From: Octopus vulgaris
Taxonomy: Eukaryota
Assembly (NCBI GenBank): GCA_951406725.2
Contig: OX597819.1
Span: forward strand, 117,738,001 to 117,802,000
Direction of reading: 5' to 3'
Length of the DNA stretch: 64,000 nucleotides
Under the pieces are notes generated by a model. That model saw only the letters and a program-made list of their open reading frames with translations. It was not told where the DNA came from and did not search any database. Every line of letters starts with the position of its first letter. Positions within the stretch are counted from its first letter, which is position 1. Below are positions 1 to 11,702 of the stretch, piece after piece. Made by a program: the position numbers and the translations under genes.

Positions 1-147
1 ATTATATTGCTGTAAGTGCACTTTTGGGAAAAAAGACTTCTATGTATTTACGTATGTATATACGCGTGTACGTATGTAAACATATATATTTATATTTACA
101 TAAATGGCTATATTAATATATGCATATATGTATAAATATATATATAT

Positions 148-565
148 GCGTAGGAGTGGCTATGTGGTAAGTAGCTTGCTTACGAACCACATCGTTCTGG
201 GTTCAGTCCCACTGCGTGGCATCTTGGGCAAGTGTCTTCTACTATAGACTTGGGCTGACCAAAGCCTTGTGAGTGGATTTGGTAGACGGAAACTGAAAGA
301 AGCCCTTCGTGTATATGTATATGTATATATGTATGTGTGTGTATATGATTGTGTGTCTGGGTTTGTCCCCCCCCCCCAACATCGCTTGAGACAACCGGTG
401 CTGGTGTGTTTGCATCCCCGTAACTTAGCGGTTTGGCAATAGAGATCGATAGAATAAGTACTAGGCTTCCACAGAAAAAGTCCTGGGGTCGAGTTGTTCG
501 ACTAAAGGCGGTGCTCCAGCATGGCCACAGTCAAATGATTGAAACAAGTAGAAGAGTAAAAGAGT
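148..565 (+). mobile_element. tRNA-derived SINE family A, full length, with internal (TA)/(TG) microsatellite
   Basis: A-box-like GGAGTGGCTATGTGGTAAG and B-box-like GGTTCAGTCCC, body CTTGGGCAAGTGTCTTCT...GACGGAAACTGAAAGAAGCC, tail GGCGGTGCTCCAGCATGGCC...GAGTAAAAGAGT; many similar copies in the window. Confidence 0.9.
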
Positions 566-609
566 ATGTATATATATCTATCTATCTATCTATCTATTTA
601 TCTATATAA

Positions 610-672
<63 letters not shown>
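566..672. repeat. compound (TATC)n/(TG)n microsatellite
   Basis: Direct reading; explains the spurious ORF 566-787. Confidence 0.95.
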
Positions 673-676
<4 letters not shown>

Positions 677-1685
677 TATATACCTATACATTCACACATG
701 TACACACACATGTGGATAAGCACACATGCCATTGATATATGTGGAACAACAACTACGATGCAGTTACTGCTAGTATCTCTACCGTAACTCTCATTCAGTG
801 ATGATATCCTACCTTCCTCAGTCTATCTTAAAATAAACACAGTCTTAAGAATGCAATTATGTCTTAATACAAATCGTTGAAGAAGATGGTCTGGGCATGC
901 GTGTGTCTCATTGGACGAAATGAAAGTTTCAAAATAAGTAAAGGAAATGAGACATTTGTAAGAATTGAAAGAAAATAATTTTCAATAGATATTCAGAACA
1001 CAACTGATTCGCTGGCGTTTCGTTGAATAATAATTCTAATTACATTTTTATACGCCGATTGTTACGTACATAAACAATGTTTCTATTTCGACATATTTCA
1101 TATGCATATACACAGATATAGAAACATATATGAATATACATTCTCACTCCTACATATATATACATATACACACGCGCACAGACACACGCACAGAACGGAC
1201 AGAGATTGTCAAGTGTCGCCTGATGGCTTATTGATGTAGTCTATGTACTTATTAAAAGTGATGAATAAATTGTGAAATGGATTTCTTAATGCACTTTACT
1301 CTGCATTGGTATAGTGTCTTCCGCCATCACGATTTTGAATGTGTCTCCCTCTATCGGATTTATAATGACAACTTTGAGTTAACATTTACCCATACTCACA
1401 GATATGTATAGGAATGTATATTTGCATGCACGTAATTATTTATATTTGTCTATTTCTCTTTTTTCTCTCTGTATTTATGTGTCTGTCTGTCTCTCTGTCT
1501 CTCTCTCTCTCTCTCTTTCTGTTACATACACAAGCGCTCTTCCTCTCCCCTTTCCTTCCTCTTATAAAAGTTGAATGGACATATACTCTACTAAAAATTT
1601 CCCAGTAAATCTTCAGTTCAAGGTCAAGATATTTTTATTATGGAAGCTGGCATATAAACAATTCGTATGTATAGTGTTACTGTGC

Positions 1686-1723
<38 letters not shown>

Positions 1724-1807
1724 GTATATATATATATACACATATATTTATATATACAGAGAGAGAGAGAGAGAGAGAGATGGAATATCTATCTATCTAT
1801 CTATCTA

Positions 1808-3336
1808 CTGTCCCTAAAAGGTCGGGCGGAGGTGGCGAACACGTACATTGCGTCCGTCATCTACTACCGCCTGACCGTCATGCCTTGTCCCGACCCTACC
1901 ATCACCAAACTACAACGCATTCTCTTTCGCTTCTTGTGGAAAGGATGCGTCCCGATGGTCAGGCGATCCATTTGCTGTCAACACCCGTTAAAAAGAAGGA
2001 CTGGGCATGCCGTGGGTGATGATGCGCATACACGCGCTGAGACTGCGACATCTCAGGCTCTTCGTAGACGACGGTGAACAGGTGTGGTCGCCGTTTGTGA
2101 GGCACGCTTTCCCGCAGCTCGTCTCCATGACCGAACTGCAGTCGTGGATCAAAAAGAGGCCGAGGAAAGGCAAATGGCACCGCGAGAGTCGCGTTGCTCT
2201 CAAGCAACTCTGCCGTCCTGAGTCGACCTTGAGTGACTTCAACACAACCAAAGCATTCTATAGGGGATTAGTGAAGGGGAGGTACGACGACGAGCTCGGG
2301 GCGTACCTGGACGTCGACGAGGAGTACCTGACCCGCCTTTTCAGGACGACTTTCGGGCCAGGGCCCATGGACAACTTCCAGAGATCCCTGGCCTGGCAGT
2401 GCTACCGAGAAGCGCTACCCGTTCGGGATAAGCTCTACAGACACGGCTCGAGAAACACGGGGTTGACCTGCCCGAGATGCGGTCAGAGCGACGAAACCGT
2501 TCTGCACGCACTCGTACAGTGTCCAAAAATTTCCGACCTGTGGGCTTATGTCGAACAACTGCTGTCACGTGTGGGACGAGTCGGTTTATCAGCTGAGTCT
2601 ATCGTCAATATTGTCACGCCTCCTTCCTTCAAACGGGAAGGAAGAGCTATTTTCATCATCGTTGTGGCTATGGCGAAAGAATGTATCTGGTGGATGCGTC
2701 TGAAAGGATTGGAGACAAACACTTTCCTCTCTGGTCAATCTCTCATCAACTTCTTCTTGAAAAGGAAAGTGAGAGTAGAGAGGCAAGTTTTGTCTAGCGA
2801 ATGTTTTAAAAAAAGATGCGTGAATGTAGCAAGGATGGCACGTATGAATGACGAAGCCACCTTGAGCATAATCCTATGAACCCAGAAATTGAAAACAGAG
2901 AGTTACCCACTGGCAAACAAATGTGGTAACATATAACAATATTGACCAAGGTTACCGTGGTCTTTTTCGTAGGCTTTTCTTCCCACGGATAAACCTTACT
3001 TGCTTTCCCCTTTACACCATATATCATAACACTGTGATACACGATCCCTATTGATCGTTCTTTTTCCTCTTCCCCTTTTTTCCCCTTTTTTCTTCTTTTT
3101 TCATTTCTCTTTTCTTTTGTTCCTTTTCTTTTTTCTTTTTATTCTTTTTATTTTTATTTTATTTATTTTTTTTTTGTTCTTTTCTTCCCTTTTACGATCC
3201 CTCTTGTTTGAAAACCTACGGCACCCCTTTTTTTTGTTTCTTTTGTTTTTTTTGTTTTTTTCATCCCCCAAAAGAAAAACTATACCTTGTAACTTGTCCC
3301 ATCTGTGTGCAGCCCTGTGTGGCCAATAAAGAAACT
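1808..3336 (+). mobile_element. 5'-truncated Tx1/L1-clade LINE (ORF2 thumb, zf-RVT, 3' UTR)
   Basis: LSLKGRAEVAN...KLQRILFRFLWKG...CCQHPL, +1 frameshift near 1995, then GLGMP; ORF 2007-2879 with CPRCGQSDETVLHALVQC zinc knuckle; T-rich 3' UTR and AATAAA at 3325-3330; GC-rich relative to the flanks. Confidence 0.9.
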
Positions 3337-3353
3337 TATCTATCGATATATAT

Positions 3354-3551
3354 ATATAGTTAATCCAAACATGAAAACACAACAACGCGAGGACGTGGAA
3401 CAAGTATAGTATTATTGGACGCTCAGGAAAGAAGGAGGGTTTAACGTTTCGAGCGGAGCTCTTCGTCAGAAACATAGGAAAAGGAAAAATCCAAAGAAGA
3501 GAAGACGGAGTAAAAAAATCCCCAACGGTACACACGCGGTCACATTTTGAA
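3354..3551 (-). mobile_element. HHR-bearing short element family H1 (Penelope pLTR-like), copy 1
   Basis: Homologous to 4652-4860, 18480-18694 and 21568-21745; flanked by (TA)n; contains a hammerhead motif. Confidence 0.8.
3439..3473 (-). ncRNA. minimal type I hammerhead ribozyme, canonical core
   Basis: Reverse complement GUUU CUGACGA A GAGC-UCC-GCUC GAAA CGU U^AAAC: stem I GUUU/AAAC, stem II GAGC/GCUC, palindromic ACGU stem III. Confidence 0.75.
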
Positions 3552-4349
3552 TTATATATATATAAATATATATATATACATATAGATTGATAGATAGATA
3601 GCTGGGTACATGTATTTACATATATATTTTTTCCCTACAGATATAGCGATATATGTACATATATGTTTAGTATTTAATTTAAATACTATATAAAATTGAA
3701 TATATGAATAGGGAAAGACAGCAACGAAATACATTTTATAATGCAACTGAGAGCATTGACATCGAATTTCGTTTACGAACTGCTTTTCTGAGTCACTATA
3801 AAGAAAAATAAATAAGATGAACCTTGTTTTTGAAAATTAAAGATGCATTTCAAATCGCATCCTTTTCCTCCTGTTAAAAAAAAAAAAAAAAAAAAAGTCA
3901 AACTTAATTTACACGTTTTCACACTGAAATTTCAGTTCCTGTGTCGGATATAATTGAACAAAAGACGGACGTAGGCGATTTCAGGTATTGTAGAGAAAAA
4001 TAAAGCATCCCAGCTGTAGAAATAAAACTGCGATGTGATTCCATATTGGTGTCCTGGAAGCATGTATTTTGAGGAGGAAATCAACTACCAATTCTACTGA
4101 TGCCAGAAAGATTTCAAATACAAAGAATACTATGACATATCCATGTCAAGCTATGTCAAGCAACCACCGACAATAGCCATTGTGTCATGTCACAGAAAAA
4201 AATGAATAAAAAGGCCCATTGAGATAGTTCATTCAACTCAGCTCAGGCAAAAACACTGCAAATGACATATTCGCAGCTGATACCGATATGAAAAGAACAA
4301 AATTGGAAAACTCAAAAGTTGTTTACAATTCTGTAAATCATTATATTAA

Positions 4350-4605
4350 ACTAGCTGACCACGTTCCGTCAATGATGACGGCTAATTGTAATATTCTATA
4401 TATAAATAAGGTACATAATAATAACACATAAAAACATTCACATACTTCCCCTTTACACGCACACACAGGGACAAAGTCTTTTCACACTTTCATTCCCTTT
4501 CATTCTATCATACCTTCTTTCCATTCATTGCTATTACTTTTTCTCATTCCCTCTCAGCCCAGGCTTCCCTGAATTACTCTTTCTCTCCCCCTCCGCGTCA
4601 GGCGT
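4350..4605. mobile_element. possible Helitron/Helentron-type non-autonomous fragment
   Basis: Begins AACTAGCTGAC followed by hairpin CCGTCA-ATGA-TGACGG; other end not identified. Confidence 0.25.
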
Positions 4606-4611
4606 GATTCT

Positions 4612-4651
<40 letters not shown>

Positions 4652-4653
<2 letters not shown>

Positions 4654-4860
4654 TCAAAATGTGACCGCCTGTGTACCGTTGGCGATTTTTTTTCCTCTGT
4701 CTTCCCTTCTCTGGATCTTTCCTTCTCCTATGTTTCCGACGAAGAACTCCGCTCGAAACGTTAGACCCTCCCTCTTTCCTGACCGTCCAATAATACTATA
4801 TTTGTTCCACGTCCTCGCGTTGTTGTGTTTTTTTGTGCTTTCTCATTTGGATTAACTATA
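4652..4860 (+). mobile_element. H1 element copy 2 (HHR core mutated to CCGACGA)
   Basis: Inverted homologue of 3354-3551; GTTT CCGACGA AGAACTCCGCTC GAAACGTTAGAC at 4732-4766. Confidence 0.8.
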
Positions 4861-4904
4861 TATATATATATATTTTTTATTTTATTTATTTATTCATTTA
4901 ATTA

Positions 4905-5175
4905 TTTATGCGCCCTTTTCAAGCCTGGCCAGGCTCATGGATCCGATTTCCCGGTTTCTGTGGCGTAAGTGCTCCCTCCAGCAGGACTGGATGCCAGTTC
5001 ATCGCAGCGTTACTCAAGAGACAGGAAGAAAGGGTGAAAGAAAGTTAGGGCGTAAGAGTACAACAGGGATCACCACCACCCCTCGCCAAAACGTCACAAC
5101 ACCCGGTCTGGGAATGGAAACCGCGATCCTCGACCGCGAGTCCGCTGCCCTTAACACTGGATCATTGTGCGTCCA
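4905..5175 (-). mobile_element. tRNA-derived SINE family C, tail type 1
   Basis: Head homologous to 14859 copy (GTTAAGGGCAGCGGACTCGCGGTCG...CCCAGACCGG on minus strand); ends in (TAAA)n. Confidence 0.8.
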
Positions 5176-5384
5176 CACACACACACACATATATGTATAT
5201 ATAAAAACACTACACTCAATATATATTAGATTATTAGTAGAATTGATAAACACAAAATTAGTCGTATCACATGCTTCACAATTGGACGACGATGAGAAAT
5301 ATAATGGAGCCCTCAAAATTACCATAAGTAGCCGTAAATATGCACTTTTCTGTCAATATATTGATAATCATATTTAACGTTAAT

Positions 5385-5598
5385 AATGGGTACTGATTTT
5401 GCCACGAGGGAAGCAGTTTTGGGGTAAGAGTTGAGTCGATTACATCAACTCCAATTCTCAACAGGTACTTATTTTATCGAACCTCAAAGGATTAAAGGCG
5501 AAGCCGCCACGACGGAATTTGAACTTAGAACGTAGTGGCACACGCATTGGTCCTTAGCATTTTGTACTGCGCGCTAACGACTCTGCCAGCTCGCCGCC
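5385..5598 (-). mobile_element. SINE family B, diverged
   Basis: Reverse complement starts GGCGGCGAGCTGGCAGAGTCGTTAGC; B-box GTTCAAATTCC. Confidence 0.8.
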
Positions 5599-6342
5599 TC
5601 ATATTTAACGATCATAATGCATTCTAGTTCCTTATTACTAACTATCCAATAAACAAGCTTATCAATTAAAAACATAAATTTAAAATATCGAATCGTCTCT
5701 ATGTTTCAATATATCAAGAGATATAGGACAATAATTGTCCACATTAAAATGTATTCAATTTTGAAATAATTCACTATTTCACAAACATTTCTTCGCAAGA
5801 ACGTCAATATTGAAAAGAAATATTTAGTGGCAGATTTTTAAAATGTTTTAGTATTCCATTCATCTAGGGAACGGGTCATATGTTTATATGAATATATATT
5901 CTATAATAATACCATATATGCATTGCAATCAATTCACCACAAAAGAATACACCATTGGCAATTTATTTGGTGGGTGAAGCTATATAATATAATTGTAATT
6001 TAGAATAGTTTTGTAATACAAAAAGTTGAATTGTAATGTATTATAATAATTTGCTTCAAGATAAACTGAGATATTTAGCTTACGTAAGCCGAAGTGAGAA
6101 AACAATAATTGTTAGAAAACTATGGTTATTAAAACGTGATGCCTTCTGATACAAGTGACAATAAAATGATGGTTTTCTAAGTTTATGTATGTATCAGCTA
6201 TCTTTCAACACATGCTAAGATTTTGTCTCCGGTCACTAAATATAGATAAATATTTTCACCGGTATTAATAGAATATAGCCAACTAGATATTTAAAATGGA
6301 ATACTCGTCTCTGGGAACATCATAACAGCTCAAATATATTCG

Positions 6343-6553
6343 TTTCTACTACAGGCACAAGGCCCGAAATTTTGGGGGAGGGGGCTAGTCGATTAGATCG
6401 ACGTCAGTACGTTACTGGTACTTAATTTATAGACCCCGAAACTATGAACGGCAAAGTCGACCTCGGCGGAATTTGAACTCAGAACGTAAAGACAGACGAA
6501 GTACAGCTAAGCATTTCGCTCGGCGTGAAAACGATTCTGCCAGCTCACCGCTT
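6343..6553 (-). mobile_element. SINE family B
   Basis: GGCAAAGTCGACCTCGGCGGAATTTGAACTCAGAACG...CTGCCAGCTCACCGC. Confidence 0.85.
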
Positions 6554-6565
6554 TGGTTCAAATAT

Positions 6566-7095
6566 TTTCTTTTCTACTCTAGGTACAAGGCCTGATATTT
6601 GGGGGGAGGGGTCCAGCCTAATATATCGACGCAATGCGTAACTGGTACTTAATTTATCGACCTCGAAAGGATGACAGCCAAAGTCGACCTCGTTGGAATT
6701 TGAACTGAGAACGTAAAGACAGACGAAATACCTATTTCTTTACAACATACAAGGGGCTAAACACAGAGGGGACAAACAAGGACAGACGAACGGATTAAGT
6801 AGATTGCATCGACCCCAGTGCGTAACTGGTACTTATTTAATCGACCAGGAAAGGATGAAAGGCAAAGTCGACCTCGGCGGAATTTGAACTCAGTACGTAA
6901 AGACAGACGAAATACCTATTTCTTTACTACCTACAAGGGGCGAAACACAGAGGGGACAAACAAGGACAGACAAACGGATTAAGTCTATTTAATCGACCCC
7001 GAATGGATGAAAGCAAAGTCGACCTCGGCGGAATTTTGAACTCCAAACGTATGGCAGACGAAATACCGCTAAGCGTTTTGCCCGGAGTGCTAACG
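6566..7095 (-). mobile_element. SINE family B head-to-tail trimer
   Basis: Three repeats of AAAGTCGACCTCGGCGGAATTTGAAC with identical junctions AAAGACAGACGAAATACCTATTTCTTTAC near 6715 and 6898. Confidence 0.85.
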
Positions 7096-7490
7096 TTTCT
7101 GCCAGCCCGACGCCTTAGTTCACATATATTCTGACATACCTTGGTGTAAGAGTGCTCAAGCCAACAAATCCGACAACCTTTACGTTGAACTGTATTTGAG
7201 TGGCAGTCTATGATTGCCCGCGTAATCTGCAAACACTTGAATCACTATCGCCCGAACGTTACATATTACAATTTGTCTCATGAAAACATTACTTAACTAA
7301 TCGCACAAAACTTTCTGCGATTTGGAAGATTATGCTATAATCGATCAACAACATAAATATATAGGAGAATCGATAACATGGTGTGATCTATTCATATTTT
7401 GTAAACGTATTTCGTTTGTTTTGAAAAGCAAAAGAAGAGGAAAATAAGAAAGTAAAGCAAAATAAATGGAAAACCAAATGAAATATCAAG

Positions 7491-9060
7491 TGTAATACGA
7501 ACGCACGAACCGTCGCCTTCAACTAGCAAGGAAGAAGGAGTACGAAAGAAGGAAGGAAATGAAAGAGACGGCGAATTAGAGTCAGAGCTATTTGTGACGT
7601 ACGAAGAGAGTGGTGAAGGATATCAGAGAACGATACTTACAGGCAGAAACTTAAGAAGCCTCATAGTATATGAAAAAAGCGTCGAAATTGAAAAGAGAGT
7701 AACAAAAATGAAAAATATGAGAGTGAAATTGGCAAACTATGAAGGTGAGAAGGCTAACCACTCCTCTCTTTCTGTTGAAGAGAGAAATACGGGAGTGTTT
7801 TGGGGAAAGAAAGAGTTGAAATAACACTATTTCTGTATAGAAATGACGAGTTTGCCGGCTTTTGTAATTTTTGACGATATAATGCAATATTTGTTTTTAA
7901 TTTTGTGTTAAGGAAAAAATACATGACTGTAAAGTAAAACTGTAATTTGTAAAAAACAGTAAAATGGAACTACGTACTTTGGTGGGCAGGAAAGCGGTTT
8001 CATTCTCATTTAATTATATTCATAATTCATCCGAAACGTATTTTCATGTACCCCAACGTATTGCTTGTGCTGTCTCCTCTATGTTATGGCCGTAGTGCCA
8101 AAATAAAGAAAGTAGTGTCGTACGAGCAGCAAGTTCATTTGAACGAGATGTTGTGTTTTGCTGGTTTTCCTTTTCAAAGGTATTGTTGATTTTTGAAAGG
8201 CGGCGAGCTGGCAGAAACGTTAGCACGCCGGGCGAAATGCGTAGCCGTATTTCTTCTGCCGTTACGTTCTCAGTTCAAATTCCGCGGAGTTCGACTTTGC
8301 CTTTCATCCTTTCGGGGTCGATTAAATAAGTAGCATTTGCGCCCTGGGGTTGATATAATCGACTTAATCCGTTTGTCTGTCCTTGTTTGTCCTCTCTGTG
8401 TTTAGCCCCATGTGGGTAGTAAAGAAATAGGTATTGTTGTTGTTTCAATTGATTATTTTGTTAAACAATAGCCTGCTTGGCAGGTGCTGTGTTTTAAGTT
8501 GCGTTCCTTCTCCCTAAGGAGGAGGGGAAATTGTAATATTTACTATAGTCGTGAACTATGGTCTGTTTTGGACAATTTTTATTGAACTGTGTTCCTTCCC
8601 CAGACGGGACTTGAACTGTTTATTGTTGTGATTCTCTTACGAGAGAAAATTTATCTTTAGAATTACACATTTGTGAACTGTTTTCATTAAACTGCATTCC
8701 TCCCCCGACGGGGTGAGGATTTGTACTGTTTACTTTTGTGTCTCTCCGACGAGGAAAACTTTATTTTCCAAAATTTTATTTTCATCGAATTAGACATTTG
8801 TGAACTGTTTTAATTTAAAACTGTGTTCCTCCTCCGACGGGAGAGGATTTGAAGCTATTTTGGAGTATTACCTACAGCAAATAAAAATAAAAATTCTCTT
8901 CTCTCTGAAAGAGAAAATTGGTGATTCTTTTCTGTTATATCGGTAGAAATTATCAAGGAAAAAATGCCACTCTTTGAGAGAGAAATTGCACCACACGAAG
9001 AGATGGAAGTATCAAATATAACAAAGGATTCGCGGCAGCTACGAAAATCTCTAGGCGGCC
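7491..9060 (+). mobile_element. probable decayed LTR retrotransposon: 5' LTR, PBS and repetitive leader
   Basis: TGTAATACG start at 7491; purine-rich U3-like stretch; TGGCCGTAGTGCCAAAAT at 8087-8104 resembles the tRNA-Ser PBS TGGCGTAGTCGGCAGGAT; downstream tandem hairpin units; no gag/pol recognised. Confidence 0.4.
8198..8431 (+). mobile_element. SINE family B inserted in the putative LTR-element leader
   Basis: GGCGGCGAGCTGGCAGAAACGTTAGC...GTTCAAATTCC...AAAGAAATAGG. Confidence 0.9.
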
Positions 9061-9076
9061 GGGCTAATCAGTTGAC

Positions 9077-9262
9077 TTGCAGCTCGGCTCCTGGAAGGGC
9101 AAGTCGATGCCACCCAATAACATCGTAGGACGTTGGACGGAAGGTCCGACTAAGATGCTAGGGGTCTGGTTCAGTCCTGACCTCCAGGTAGAGAAGAACT
9201 GGAGCGACGTTAGAGGCAGGGTGACTGCTTTAACTCAGACCTGGTCTGGAAGGGCCTTATCC
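9077..9262 (+). mobile_element. Tx1/L1-clade RT C-terminal fragment
   Basis: KMLGVWFSPDLQVEKNWSDVRGRVTALTQTWSGRALS matches the YLGV...NW...W..R.LS pattern that precedes LSLKGR in L1/Tx1 ORF2. Confidence 0.7.
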
Positions 9263-10446
9263 CAGCTAGGGATACCACCTGAAGAGCAAGTTCTGATTCG
9301 AGAAGAGACATCTGTCACAGAGTATGTACAGAAATCTGTAGAAAGTTTGCTGCTCGTGACTGGATCCAGGTTGGTGGAGCCAGCGGAAAACAAACTGCAC
9401 CATGTCGGGCTTCGTCTGGATGTCTTGACATTACACAAAATCTTTTGAATCATGTTTAAATTTTTTTTAATCCATAGCATTGTTAACCATCTGACATAAA
9501 AGAAATAAAAGAAGCATGGTCGGTAAAGGTATGTCGTTCGGACCAGTCCCGTAGAGACGACGATGTACGTCATCATCACGGGATATATCAGTGGCGACGA
9601 TGGTTCGGACGATATCGCCAGTGAGACATATCACAATACACACACACACACACATATATATATATACACACAAGACACATACCTGTATATATATGTGAAT
9701 TCACATATATACCAAGAAATACAAGCACTTGTTCGTATATTCATTCATGTGCCTAGTGTAAGAATGAATATACACATGCAGACATCCATATTGTGTTAGT
9801 ATCGATGAGCATTTGGATGCACTAAACTAGAAATAAGTTGATTGTACAATTTAAATACATTTGATGGTAACATTTATTATTAGTTGATGCAGCTACTGCA
9901 GTGGTGGTGGTGGTGGTGGTGGTGGTTGTAGTGGTCGTAGTCGTGATGATGATGGTGATGATATTTCCATTAACGTAAGCCAAAAACCCGAAAATTTGTA
10001 GGGAATTGCCCGATAGAAGTGCGTCAAATAAATGACCGCCAGCTCTTCTTATCAACTCTGGAGTGATGCCAAACAAAGCTGACGTTGTCTTCATTTAAAA
10101 TCAGAACCGAAAGTGATACCTGAAAGAATGTTTCCGGACTACAACCATATGACCCCTAGATATTAAAATAAATATTCAAAATCTGTACAGGTGCCTTCTA
10201 GGTATAACCTTTTGCATATTTTTACAAATACAACAATTTATACGTACCATTCCGAAAATGTTGGAGAATGTATACTTCAATAAGTTGCATTGCGTGAAAA
10301 TTAGTGTCTTAATTTACACAGCAACAATCATGTATTAAAACAAATTGAGCTTAGATAAAAAAAAATTTATATTCGTAAGCGTCTTTCAGAAATTATCACC
10401 GAATAACCTCACGTGACAAAACTAACACTCACGTGAGAGAAAGTAG

Positions 10447-10740
10447 AGGTACATGGCTCAGCATTTAGAGCGTGAGCTTTGTAATCATGAGTTAATGAGT
10501 GCGATGTGCTGTATTCTTGAGCAAGACACTTTATTTCATATTAATCCAGTCCACTCAGCTCTAGAAGTGAGTTGCAACGTCATATGTACCAAGCAGTATA
10601 GGCCTTTATGTTTCCCTCTGATAACATCAGCGTCATGGAGAAGGGATACTGGGTTGCATGGATGACTGCTGGTCTTCCATAAATATGTTTGCCTGGATTT
10701 CGAGGTGCAATCCCATAATCATTAATGGCTGAAAGCGTAT
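10447..10740 (+). mobile_element. old tRNA-derived SINE family D
   Basis: ATGGCTCAGCATTTAGAGCG A-box-like head; CTTGAGCAAGACACTTTATTTC...CCAGTCCACTCAGCT central domain typical of mollusc SINEs. Confidence 0.55.
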
Positions 10741-11572
10741 ATGATCTTTACTATTTGCACTTTTACGCGAGAGGTTATAACAGCTTCTATATTTATGGGA
10801 GTATCTACCAAGTAATTTAGAATAATGCATTATCTATTTCAAATCTCTATATCAGAAATATTCTGAATATTATCTACAATCATTCGAAAATAATCTTACA
10901 GGATTCTCAGGTGAATATCAAGTTTAGGAAATACAATAACATCTTCAGTCAGCAAAGAATAGAGCAAACATCTAAATCGCGAGACATGACATAAAAATAC
11001 ACAAGAAATATCTAAAGGAATTACCAAATATATAAAATTTCATAAACTGATTTGTTTTGCATTTTATAGCGAACAAGAATCACAACAGTCAAAAAATAGA
11101 AAGATAAAGAAAGTATGCACCTTGTTGAACGAGATTAATATCCATAAACAGAAGATCCCTTTCAAATTCGTCAGTGGTGAAAACAAAGAAACTTTGGATG
11201 CCAAATATTATTATTTAGCTTTTGAAAAAGGATAACTTTAAGTATATAAGTCTTGAATCTTTAGTGGAGCCCGCAACGTAATTCAGCTACCACGTTATGG
11301 AAGAAAGTGCTATAAAATCGATGAAAGATGAGTGAACTGAGTTTCAAATGACATATTGAAACCAATACCAACAAAGGATATAAAATGCCATTTGACCGGA
11401 ATGATCAATTTCAAACAAGGTTTGCGAAATATACGCGTTCGCGTGAATGTGCGTGTATGAATATATTTTCTATCTATCTATGAGTGTATGTATGTGTAAG
11501 CATGCATGGGTGCATAACTGTCTGTACATGTATATATGTGTGTATGTATGTATGTGATATGTAATATGTATG

Positions 11573-11622
<50 letters not shown>

Positions 11623-11667
11623 AAACATATCTATTTATCTATCTATCCAACTATGTATCTATATATC

Positions 11668-11702
<35 letters not shown>

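Noticed and set aside
3051-3535. Phe-rich and Lys-rich ORFs
   Set aside because: T-rich 3' UTR of the Tx1 element plus the H1 element
8500-8860. CRISPR-like spacing of palindromic repeats
   Set aside because: Eukaryotic context, degenerate repeats, spacers homologous to each other, no cas genes
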